Shown piece after piece: positions 34,077 through 42,602 of a stretch of DNA of 64,000 nucleotides. Position numbers and translations under genes: made by a program. The number at the start of each line of letters is the position of its first letter. The first letter of the stretch is position 1. The notes below the pieces were generated by a model. The model had not been told where the DNA came from, ran no database searches, and saw nothing but the letters and a program-made list of their open reading frames with translations. The DNA is from a virus: positions 24-64,023 of the IMG/VR virus record IMGVR_UViG_2565956771_000001. One strand, written 5' to 3'.

Positions 34077-36407
34077 ATGAAGGACGTCATTGGCTTTTTT
34101 GCTTACGCGTCAACGCCTGCCGAGATAGGGCAAACCATTGAGAGTGCTGTTGCTACCAGCTCAAGAACCAATACGAAAACGGTTGTGTCTACCTGGAGGG
34201 CCTTGGACATCGTCGGTCACTTCATCTCTGACGAAGTGCTGGCAAGTATTGATGCAGCCGATTTCCTGGTTGCTGACATCAGTGAGCTAAATTTCAACGT
34301 CACGTATGAAATTGGCTACGCCCTTGGTAAATCAAAGCGCGTTCTGCTTGTCAAAAACAAAAGCCTCCAGTCGCAGGGGTTGAAAATTTCCGATGTCGGT
34401 ATTTTTGACACCCTTGGGTTTCAGGAATACCAGAACTCGCCTGAGCTGAGCGGTTTCTTGAACAACGCGTCAGCCTGGAAATCGATTGACGTGTCTGCTG
34501 CGCTCAATCTCAAGGCACCGGTTTATTTGTTGGATACACCGCACAAAACCGACTGGTCGACCCGCATCATCTCGAGAATCAAAAAGGGCGGCTTCATCTT
34601 CCGTAACTTTGATCCAAACGAAACTCCCAGGCTTTCGGCCTATGACGCGATCAATCAGGTCGCACAATCCTATGGAGTTGTGGTTCCGTTGCTATCTACT
34701 GGGGCGACAGGAGCGGCCATCCACAACATGCGAGCCGCCTTCATTGCTGGTTTGGCCGATGGCATGGGCAAGGCGATGTGCATTCTTCAGTCAGGCGATG
34801 AGCCGGTCCCAGTGGATTATCGAGACTTTGTCCAGGTTACCTACCATCCGAATGATGTTAACCGCGCCATTGAGGTGTTTGCGTCCGATGTGACCCAAGC
34901 GTTTCAGCAGCTTGAGGCTTCTGGCGCGAAACCCGAGCGGTCATTTATCAAAAAACTCAACCTCGGCGCGACATCTGCCGAGAACGAAATGCGGGATCTC
35001 GAACGTTATTATCTGGAGACCGATCAGTTTCTGAAATCGTTGCGTGGCGAGGCGCATTTGGTCGTCGGTCGTAAGGGTTCTGGAAAATCAGCCATCTTTC
35101 TTCAAATCAGGGATGCCGAGCGCGACAAAAACCGTAACAAGAATATCGTTTTGGATTTGAAGCCAGACGGCTACAAACTCATCAAATTCAAAGAACGCAT
35201 CCTTCAGTTTCTTTCCGAAGGCACCTACCAGCACACAATCACGGCGTTTTGGGAGTACGTGCTACTGCTGGAAATTTGCTACAAGATTTTGGAAAAAGAC
35301 AAACAGCGTCACATCCATGATCATAGGCTGTATGAAGGCTATCGCGAGCTCGCCGAGCTGTATCGGGGAGAAGATTACGATTCAGAAGGCGATTTTTCTG
35401 AGCGCATGTCGATGCTCATGGAGAAAATCTACTCCGAATACCAATCCAAGTACGGTTCAACCAAAAGCGTCAATCTGAGCTCATTCGAAGTGACCGAACT
35501 CCTGTACAAGCATGACGTAAAGCAACTCAAACAAAAGCTGGGACGTTACCTTGAGAACAAGCAGGTGCTATGGCTTCTCTTCGACAATATTGATAATGGC
35601 TGGCCAACGTCCGGACTGAAGCATGAAGACCTGCTTATGGTCAGAGCTTTGATCGACGCTACGCGAAAAATTGAACGTCAGTTCAGCAGCGACAACATCA
35701 AGGTGCGCTCGGTAGTGTTCCTACGCAACGACGTCTACGAGCTGCTGGTCAAGGAGACGTCTGACCGCGGCAAGGAAGCCAGTGTGGTGCTGGATTGGAC
35801 GGATTCTGACTTGTTACGCGAGCTCGTTCGTTTGCGAATCGTGTCCAACGGTCTTGAAGAAGACCTGGACTTCAAGTCGGCCTGGCTGCGGCTTTTTGTA
35901 AGCCATTACAAGGGCGAGGAAACGTCTCAGTTTCTGATAGAGCGTTCCTTGATGAGACCACGCTTTCTCTTGAATCTGATCAATCATTGCAAGAGCTTTG
36001 CCATCAACCTCAACCACGAGATTATCGAAGGCAGCGACATTGAGAAAGGCATCGCGGCCTATTCAGCGGATCTGCTGCGCGATATTGGCTACGAGCTTCA
36101 GGACGTGTCCGATGAGACTGAAGGCCTTCTCTACGCTTTCGTCGCATCATCCGCCGACCTTTCTGAGCAGCAGGTGATGGATACTCTCCTTAAGTCTGGG
36201 CTTGATCAGCAGAAGGCGAGTCGCGCGGTAGATCTGCTGCTTTGGTATGGATTCCTGGGCATTCGAATCAACTCGGACGATCCTAAGTTTATTTATGATT
36301 TTAGCTACAACAAAGCGCTCATGGACGGGGTTAAGAAGAACTCGAACCAAGCGGTCAGTCTTGTAATTAACCAGGCGTTTTGGCCAGCATTGATGATCAA
36401 CCAATAA
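34077..36407 (+). CDS. P-loop ATPase (Sll1717/FunZ-like) with two N-terminal NDT/TIR-like domains
   Basis: ADFLVADISELNFNVTYEIGYALG (NDT-like); second copy near HNMRAAFIAGLADGMGK; Walker A VVGRKGSGKS; Walker B LLFDNID; C-terminal wHTH-like LLWYGFLG. Confidence 0.82.
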   Translation: MKDVIGFFAYASTPAEIGQTIESAVATSSRTNTKTVVSTWRALDIVGHFISDEVLASIDAADFLVADISELNFNVTYEIGYALGKSKRVLLVKNKSLQSQGLKISDVGIFDTLGFQEYQNSPELSGFLNNASAWKSIDVSAALNLKAPVYLLDTPHKTDWSTRIISRIKKGGFIFRNFDPNETPRLSAYDAINQVAQSYGVVVPLLSTGATGAAIHNMRAAFIAGLADGMGKAMCILQSGDEPVPVDYRDFVQVTYHPNDVNRAIEVFASDVTQAFQQLEASGAKPERSFIKKLNLGATSAENEMRDLERYYLETDQFLKSLRGEAHLVVGRKGSGKSAIFLQIRDAERDKNRNKNIVLDLKPDGYKLIKFKERILQFLSEGTYQHTITAFWEYVLLLEICYKILEKDKQRHIHDHRLYEGYRELAELYRGEDYDSEGDFSERMSMLMEKIYSEYQSKYGSTKSVNLSSFEVTELLYKHDVKQLKQKLGRYLENKQVLWLLFDNIDNGWPTSGLKHEDLLMVRALIDATRKIERQFSSDNIKVRSVVFLRNDVYELLVKETSDRGKEASVVLDWTDSDLLRELVRLRIVSNGLEEDLDFKSAWLRLFVSHYKGEETSQFLIERSLMRPRFLLNLINHCKSFAINLNHEIIEGSDIEKGIAAYSADLLRDIGYELQDVSDETEGLLYAFVASSADLSEQQVMDTLLKSGLDQQKASRAVDLLLWYGFLGIRINSDDPKFIYDFSYNKALMDGVKKNSNQAVSLVINQAFWPALMINQ

Positions 36408-36663
36408 TCTAAAAATCATCCGCCAGATGGTAGGGATAGCCCCGTTGTCTGCCTTAGCCGCCGTTGGCCTGACAGACCTCAAAACAATGCTCTATGTGCG
36501 TCGCACGATTCAGATTTGCCCTTTTGCCGGAGATCGAATTCGTGGTTGCTTCATATCTTTCGAGGGCTCATCAATGAGCCTTGCATGGGCTTAGCTTGTG
36601 CTCGAACAGGATCGATAGACAGCCGCGATTTTGATCAAACATTTTTGCGAGTAAGAGATCGCT

Positions 36664-37920
36664 GTGATGAAGTTATGCTTTGTCGTGATGGGGTATGGCA
36701 AGAAAACCGAGTATGAGTCTGGTCGCACGCTCGACCTGAATGCAACGTACGAAACGATTATCGAGCCCGCTGTCACCAGCCGCGGCTTACGCTGCGTTCG
36801 GGCTGACGAGATCATGCAGTCGGGACTTATCGACGTAAAAATGTACGACCTGCTGCTCAGGGCTGATCTGGTCATCGCCGATATTTCCACGGGAAACGTA
36901 AACGCCGTCTACGAACTGGGAGTACGTCACGCGCTGAGACCGAATTCGACCATCGTCATGAGCGAGGACAAGGGCAAGCTGTACTTTGACCTCAATCACA
37001 TCAGCACTTTCCAGTATTCGCATTTTGGTGAGGACATTCTTGCACGTGAGGCGCGGCGCGCCACGGAGGCCCTGGGTAACCTGATTGAGGCCGTGATGGC
37101 CGCCCAGGCTATCGACAGTCCAGTTTATACGTTCCTGCCCAGGTTGCGCTCGCCGAGTATGTCGGATGAAGAGTTTGAAGAGTTGGTCGATGAAGCAGAA
37201 GCCGCTCAACAACGACTTTTTCATCACATGCGCGAAGGTGAAAAGTTGATGCGGCAGAGTCAACATCATGCTGCCAGCGTAGAGTTTGCTGCTGCAAGGG
37301 ATATGAAGCCTGGTGAGCCTGATATTTTGCAAAAGCTTGCACTGAGCACCTATAAGTCAAAGATTCCTAATGAGCTCGCCGCGCTGCGAGCTGCCATGGA
37401 AGTGCTTAGCCCCCTCAATCCTGAAAGCTCGAATGACCCCGAGACTGTTGGCATTGCGGGAGCGATCGTCAAGCGAATCTGGCTGCTTGAGGGTGATAGA
37501 GCTTCACTTGACTCCGCCATTGCTTTTTATCGCCGAGGCTTTGAGGTCAAGCGTGACTATTACAACGGCGAAAACCTTGCGCTGTGCTTCGAGTTTCGAG
37601 CGCAAATACAAACAGAAGACGCGGAGAGAATGTTCGACTTCATGTGCGCGCAGAAAATCCGTGAAGCGATTTTGAGGATTCTGTTGCCTGTGCTGGAGTC
37701 TCCCGATTTCATTGAACGCAGCGACAGACGCTGGGTGTATGCGACTTTGGCCAACTGCTATTTTGCGGTCGGAGACGCCACGCAAGCCGAGACGTTCGAG
37801 AATCATTTTATGGGAGCCTTCATTGCTCAATGGGAGGTTGATACTTATCAGGCGGGCAAAAGTCACGTGTTAGCAACCCGAGAGAAACGGCTCGCAGCGG
37901 TGGCCCCGTCTCAGCACTGA
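36664..37920 (+). CDS. NDT-like domain plus DUF4071/TRAF-binding-type TPR protein
   Basis: LCFVVMGYG...ADLVIADISTGNVNAVYELGVRHALR; helical repeats DPETVGIAGAIVKR, YYNGENLA. Confidence 0.8.
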   Translation: MMKLCFVVMGYGKKTEYESGRTLDLNATYETIIEPAVTSRGLRCVRADEIMQSGLIDVKMYDLLLRADLVIADISTGNVNAVYELGVRHALRPNSTIVMSEDKGKLYFDLNHISTFQYSHFGEDILAREARRATEALGNLIEAVMAAQAIDSPVYTFLPRLRSPSMSDEEFEELVDEAEAAQQRLFHHMREGEKLMRQSQHHAASVEFAAARDMKPGEPDILQKLALSTYKSKIPNELAALRAAMEVLSPLNPESSNDPETVGIAGAIVKRIWLLEGDRASLDSAIAFYRRGFEVKRDYYNGENLALCFEFRAQIQTEDAERMFDFMCAQKIREAILRILLPVLESPDFIERSDRRWVYATLANCYFAVGDATQAETFENHFMGAFIAQWEVDTYQAGKSHVLATREKRLAAVAPSQH

Positions 37921-37975
37921 CCGTTTGAGGTTATCGACAATGCTCAACCAACGACTTCAAGAAAGGAACAGCGAA

Positions 37976-38455
37976 ATGGGGTTGCCCAGAACATTCGTCG
38001 GCTTCAGCAGCACAGACCGACACATGTATGAACTGATGGGGGCGTGGAAGAAAAACACTCGGATCGATTTTGATTTCGCCGACTGCCAGTTGAACATGGC
38101 GTTGAACTCGGAAGACGAGGATTACATCAAGCGCAAATGCCGGGAAAGGATTGATATGGCCGGCACCTTCGCACTGCTGATTGGCAGGGACACGCGTTCG
38201 AAACACAAATACGTGCGTTGGGAGATACAGGTAGCGATAGAGAAGGGGTGCAAGCTCATCGGCATCAACCTGGACGGAGCCCGCCAGGTGAATGCTGATC
38301 TTTGCCCTCCCATCCTGCAGGACGTTGGGGCAGTGTTCGTCCCGTATTCCCCTGCCATTATTGCTCATGCCCTGGCGAACCCCACGGCAAGTGAGCGTGG
38401 CAACTATTTCTATCCGCCAGCCGTGTATCAAAAACTCGGCTATGAGGTTCCTTGA
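37976..38455 (+). CDS. TIR-domain protein (ThsB/DUF1863-like)
   Basis: RTFVGFSSTD...EDEDYIKRKCRERI...LLIGRDT...YVRWEIQVA (catalytic Glu). Confidence 0.88.
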   Translation: MGLPRTFVGFSSTDRHMYELMGAWKKNTRIDFDFADCQLNMALNSEDEDYIKRKCRERIDMAGTFALLIGRDTRSKHKYVRWEIQVAIEKGCKLIGINLDGARQVNADLCPPILQDVGAVFVPYSPAIIAHALANPTASERGNYFYPPAVYQKLGYEVP

Positions 38456-39318
38456 TGCAGATTTCTGATTTCCCTGGTCTCTATCAGGCCGCCGATGAGC
38501 TGTCGGGTTCCGCTCAGAAGCATTTTCTTGCCGCGCTGCTCACTAACCTGGCGCTGTTGGTGGTGGCCGCAGTCGTCTCGGTTATCAATTATCCTCACTG
38601 GGGTGCAGCGGCCCTGCAGGCGGCTCTTTTAGCCGGCGCATTAGCCAGCTCTGTGTATTTGGCGACACAGCGGCCTGAGCGGCTTTGGTATTCGGGGCGT
38701 GCCGTCGCCGAATCAATCAAAACCATGGTGTGGCGCTACGTGTCCCGCGCAGAGCCTTTTCATGAAAGCGACGAGGCGGCCAAGAAGCATTTGCTGGCAA
38801 AGCTTACGCAAGTGGTTGAGCAAAACCCAGGCGTGTCGAACAAGCTGCTCACGCATCTGCCGGCCCAGCAAATTACGTACAAGATGAAGCTGATGAGGGC
38901 CGGTGATTTCGAAACCCGGCGCGATACGTACATCGAATCCCGGATCAACGACCAACTGGGATGGTATTCACGTAAAGCTAACTTCAACGCCCAGGCCGCC
39001 AAGTATTTCTTCATTACATTGATCGCCGTTAACGCCATCGCTTTTGGATGTGCGCTGATCAAGATCGCCAACGTGGAATACCAATACTTTCCGACTGACG
39101 TGCTGATCGCTGTTGCAGCAAGTATTCTGACGTGGATGCAGGCAAAACGCTTCACTGAGCTATCGGCGTCTTACGCACTGACTGCGCATGAGATTACGCT
39201 TATACGTGAACAGGCCGATGAGCTGAAAAAAGATGAGCATTTGTCGACATTTGTAGGTGACGCTGAGAACGCATTTTCTCGTGAGCACACTCAGTGGGAG
39301 GCAAGGAAGGACAACTGA
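38455..39318 (+). CDS. SLATT/DUF4231 membrane effector (two 2-TM modules)
   Basis: Four hydrophobic segments; WYSGRAVAESIK; RINDQLGWY; ENAFSREHTQW; start overlaps the TIR stop. Confidence 0.87.
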   Translation: MQISDFPGLYQAADELSGSAQKHFLAALLTNLALLVVAAVVSVINYPHWGAAALQAALLAGALASSVYLATQRPERLWYSGRAVAESIKTMVWRYVSRAEPFHESDEAAKKHLLAKLTQVVEQNPGVSNKLLTHLPAQQITYKMKLMRAGDFETRRDTYIESRINDQLGWYSRKANFNAQAAKYFFITLIAVNAIAFGCALIKIANVEYQYFPTDVLIAVAASILTWMQAKRFTELSASYALTAHEITLIREQADELKKDEHLSTFVGDAENAFSREHTQWEARKDN

Positions 39319-39395
39319 CAGCGCCTCGCGTGCGAACGACTACTGGCAGGAGTAGGGCGCTAGTTTCAGAAGCTAAACACCTTCCTGCCGGCAGC

Positions 39396-39866
39396 TTATT
39401 TAAGCTCGTCGGAGAGCTTCGACCAGGGTACGGTTTTGATCTTGTGTTCCGATACCCATTTAGGCTCAGCTGCGCCGAACTGCTTACCGGAATGCACAGC
39501 TACAACCTTCTTGCCAAGCTCTAGGCTCTTTTCTACCTCCCATTTCACCCACTTGCTCTGGGCAGTGTCCTTGGAAATGAAGACCACAGTGATAGATGAG
39601 CGGTTGATGCGCTCGGCGATCTTGCGCTTGATGTACTCCGCCTGCTCACTGTCGTAGGGTTCGCGGACTGAATGATCATTGAACTCGATGTCATTGTTAT
39701 CGTTTTTTGCCTGTCCCCTGAGCAGATTGACCTCAGCCATGTCCTCAGTGGCAAAACTGATGAACACGTTGCGCTTGCCCTCATTTAGAGCAGCCTTGGC
39801 TTTTTGCTCCAGTGACCTGACATCACCGAGTCGGCTCCATCCACCTGTGCTGCTACCGCCCATCAT
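39396..39866 (-). CDS. TIR-domain protein (ThsB-like) with a Gly-rich N-terminal tail
   Basis: (M)MGGSSTGGWS...; NVFISFATED...AEYIKRKIAERINRSSITVVFIS...WVKWEVEKS; GAGGG RBS inside the end of the queC-like gene. Confidence 0.88.
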   Translation of the reverse strand: MMGGSSTGGWSRLGDVRSLEQKAKAALNEGKRNVFISFATEDMAEVNLLRGQAKNDNNDIEFNDHSVREPYDSEQAEYIKRKIAERINRSSITVVFISKDTAQSKWVKWEVEKSLELGKKVVAVHSGKQFGAAEPKWVSEHKIKTVPWSKLSDELK

Positions 39867-40455
39867 TGGCACCCTCAAATTTGAATTCGTTGCAGGCGAT
39901 ACAGTTGCCGCACGGCTGTTCTTCACCCAGGTGGCACGAGTAGGTCTGAGAGATGCCTTTCTCGGCTGCCAGCGTCACGACGTCAGGTTTGGTGAACGAT
40001 GAGAGCGGTGCAAGCACCTTGATATTCCGGCCCATGCATAGAGTTATCATGCGCTCAGCCTCCTCGAGGAATCCGGAGGTCTGATCAGGAAAAAGGCTGG
40101 TGCTTTCGTGAAGCAATCCGATGGAGATCGCATCGGCGTTTTTCTGATGGGCGTAAGCGGCGGCGGTCAACAGAAAAAGCATGTTCCGGCCGGGAGTGAA
40201 GGCGTCGTCAATGATGTGCAAGGTCGGGTCGGTGAGTCCCGAGCGAATCAACCTGCCAAATCCCGACAGACCGGCAATTTCGGGCTCAGGAAGTCCAAGC
40301 TTCTGCATGGCCAGCTTGCAGGCTGCGAGCTCTCGGTCGCGGGCGCGTTGACCATAATCTACAAAGAGTGGAAATATCTGCAGGCCTTGCTCCTGTGCCA
40401 ACTTGGCGACGAGCGTAGAGTCTAGGCCTCCGGAAACCAGTGTCACGATACTCAT
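39853..40455 (-). CDS. QueC-like PP-loop ATPase (7-cyano-7-deazaguanine synthase family; Cap9/QatC-like)
   Basis: SGGLDS, FVDYGQR, PGRNMLFL, zinc site SCHLGEEQPCGNCIAC. Confidence 0.92.
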   Translation of the reverse strand: MSIVTLVSGGLDSTLVAKLAQEQGLQIFPLFVDYGQRARDRELAACKLAMQKLGLPEPEIAGLSGFGRLIRSGLTDPTLHIIDDAFTPGRNMLFLLTAAAYAHQKNADAISIGLLHESTSLFPDQTSGFLEEAERMITLCMGRNIKVLAPLSSFTKPDVVTLAAEKGISQTYSCHLGEEQPCGNCIACNEFKFEGANDGR

Positions 40456-41150
40456 ACTAAAACAGCCTCCTGCTTGCGATTTGCAACGCGCATAACGATC
40501 CATATGGCCCAATCCAAAAGACCAACCGGGCAATCCATTTCCCGGGCATGGTCACGAAGCCTGTCTTCATGCCTGCCATACTGATTCAATCCGGATATGG
40601 ATACCTGAGTGCCTGAATATATCCCCTGAGCAGACATGTAATTGAGCACGTGCCGATCAAGGATTGCCAAGTCATAAGTAACCCCGCAATTGCGCAAAAA
40701 CATACTGGCTTGCTTGGGCCCCATACCGGATGCATGGGCCACTAGCCACGCGCGTACATCACTGACGTCACCACTGATCAGCGCCTTGAGTGAGCCGCCA
40801 ATGCTTGCTACGGCCGCCCACGTGGACGCTAAGTGACCGGCTTTTGCCCTGGGAAACCTGTAAGTGCGCATTTTGCCGTCGACAACGAGAGGGGTTCTGA
40901 GCACTTCAAACAATTTCTCGGCAAGGTGCTCGCTGTGTTGTTTGTTGTGATAAAGATAGCCACGTTCATCGATGGCATCGGCGGCTGCCATAGCGAGCGG
41001 GTAGGGGACCTGGCTACTGAGAATGCAGCAAGAAAGCTCCCACCATAGATGACGCTCGTCAGACACTGCGCCGGCTTCGATGCGTGTGCGAATATCTGGA
41101 CAGACCGCAGCGACAGCTCTGCAGAGCGCTTCAGCGCTATAAGTGGTCAT
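40452..41150 (-). CDS. OGG-like N-glycosylase/AP lyase (HhH; Cap11-like)
   Basis: ELSCCILSSQ, YRFPRAKA, GMGPKQASMFLRN, AILDRHVL, DWAIW. Confidence 0.85.
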   Translation of the reverse strand: MTTYSAEALCRAVAAVCPDIRTRIEAGAVSDERHLWWELSCCILSSQVPYPLAMAAADAIDERGYLYHNKQHSEHLAEKLFEVLRTPLVVDGKMRTYRFPRAKAGHLASTWAAVASIGGSLKALISGDVSDVRAWLVAHASGMGPKQASMFLRNCGVTYDLAILDRHVLNYMSAQGIYSGTQVSISGLNQYGRHEDRLRDHAREMDCPVGLLDWAIWIVMRVANRKQEAVLV

Positions 41151-42529
41151 AGAAAAATTCCTGGGAATAGCGATCGAAGCTCGGCGCTTTTCATGCCGGT
41201 AACTCCCATGGCGAACGGTTCTTCGCGGCCTTTCGAATACATGTCACGCATGATTCGGCCAAACTCCGCATAATACTCTAGATTGTGGAACGCAACCTTG
41301 CCTGCGTAGCCTATGTTGTTGTTTGCCATCACCCTATCCATAAATTCACTTCGGATCCTTTTCGTTTTGAAAAAGTCGAAGTGTTGGAAGTGGTGAAGCC
41401 GCTCAAGCTCAGGATCTACCGCAAACCGACACCACTCAAGACCGTCGAACGTGTCCGCGCCAGCGGCCGCCAGTAGTGCAATGCTCCACGGGTTTCCAGT
41501 GCCCAGTAGATGAATGGGTTGATAATAGGGCAGCTTGTCCAGTTCATCCCTGATATGTCTGACAGTCAATGCACGCTGCGCAAGGCCCGCACCCAGTTCC
41601 CTTTCCGGAATGGCGATGATAGGCGGTTGCAGGTGCTCGGATATCGCCCTGACGATCCGAGGAAGTCTTTCGAGCCCCTTAGGGGTCTGCTTGACGTGAA
41701 TGATGGGTAGCACCGGAGCAGAGGTGTGCTTGGCGTCGCGCTCCACTGCTTTTATGACCTGCCTGACCGCCACTTCGAATTTGTCACTGGGGGTCATGTT
41801 GTCAAAACAGAACGCCCAATCGTGTGGCGTATCGGTTAGCGCGCGCTTCAGGTTCGATGGCTTCCACTGTTTGTCATTCAGGCGGTAAGCCTCATAATTG
41901 CCCGAGTCGATGAGAACAAAACCGCCTAGGTCTCGATAGGTCGTTATTTCAGCAATCATCTTGTGTCGCGATTCAGAATTAACCAGGTCATAGGCAGAAA
42001 CAAGAATCGAGCGCGTCGGATACACCGTTAATGCTTCCAACGCTTCTACGGGATCGAACTGTGTCTCGTGTGACGAAACAGACATGAAGACATTAGGAAG
42101 GGCAAGCGCACCGTCAGCTATCGTGGCTAACCGGACGGGCTTACCCTGAGGAGGTACAACGAGCCCGATTTTCTTCTGCAGCAACTGAAAGCATGAGTGA
42201 TCTGCTTCGCCCTGCCATGACCGGAAATCAACACTGCTGAAGTGACCATATGGGTACGGCGGATCACTGTCATCCAAAATGAGAGGGACGACCTTCTTTT
42301 GATATTTTTCTGCCAAGCTCAACTCGCCAGTGATGGTGTGCTTGTGAGCAAATGAGGAATATAGAGCAACGACGCATTTCGCTTCTTTGAGATTTTCTGT
42401 AATCGCGACACTGAAGTCGCCAACTATCAAATCGTCTAGCCACACGCTCCAGGACGCGGAGAGGAGATCGCGAACCTTCAGCGCTGTCTTGCTATTTTCT
42501 TTGGCATATATGATATAGACGTCCGCCAT
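41147..42529 (-). CDS. TIR domain fused to a tRNA-guanine transglycosylase (TGT)-like barrel (Cap10-like)
   Basis: N-terminal DVYIIYA...VWLD...VVALYS...GEL; TGT motifs LIDSGNYE, FCFD, PIIH, IHLLGTG, ADTFDG. Confidence 0.82.
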   Translation of the reverse strand: MADVYIIYAKENSKTALKVRDLLSASWSVWLDDLIVGDFSVAITENLKEAKCVVALYSSFAHKHTITGELSLAEKYQKKVVPLILDDSDPPYPYGHFSSVDFRSWQGEADHSCFQLLQKKIGLVVPPQGKPVRLATIADGALALPNVFMSVSSHETQFDPVEALEALTVYPTRSILVSAYDLVNSESRHKMIAEITTYRDLGGFVLIDSGNYEAYRLNDKQWKPSNLKRALTDTPHDWAFCFDNMTPSDKFEVAVRQVIKAVERDAKHTSAPVLPIIHVKQTPKGLERLPRIVRAISEHLQPPIIAIPERELGAGLAQRALTVRHIRDELDKLPYYQPIHLLGTGNPWSIALLAAAGADTFDGLEWCRFAVDPELERLHHFQHFDFFKTKRIRSEFMDRVMANNNIGYAGKVAFHNLEYYAEFGRIMRDMYSKGREEPFAMGVTGMKSAELRSLFPGIFL

Positions 42530-42602
42530 GGATCGATCTGGCCTCAGCTGGTTACATTCCGTTGCATGACCCTGCGGGCGATGCCGATTATTGTTTTATC
42601 TT

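Noticed and set aside
36410-36663. Small ORFs or regulatory repeats in the gap between the ATPase and NDT-TPR genes
   Set aside because: No convincing RBS, motif or repeat; probably promoter and spacer sequence.
37976-37990. N-terminal Gly of the + strand TIR (MGLPRTF) as a second deazaguanylation acceptor
   Set aside because: Single Gly directly ahead of the first TIR strand, no flexible Gly/Ser tail, and not coupled to the QueC-like gene.
39396-40533. QatABCD system
   Set aside because: QueC-like gene present, but no TatD nuclease, no QatB-like ORF and no KAP ATPase in the same operon.
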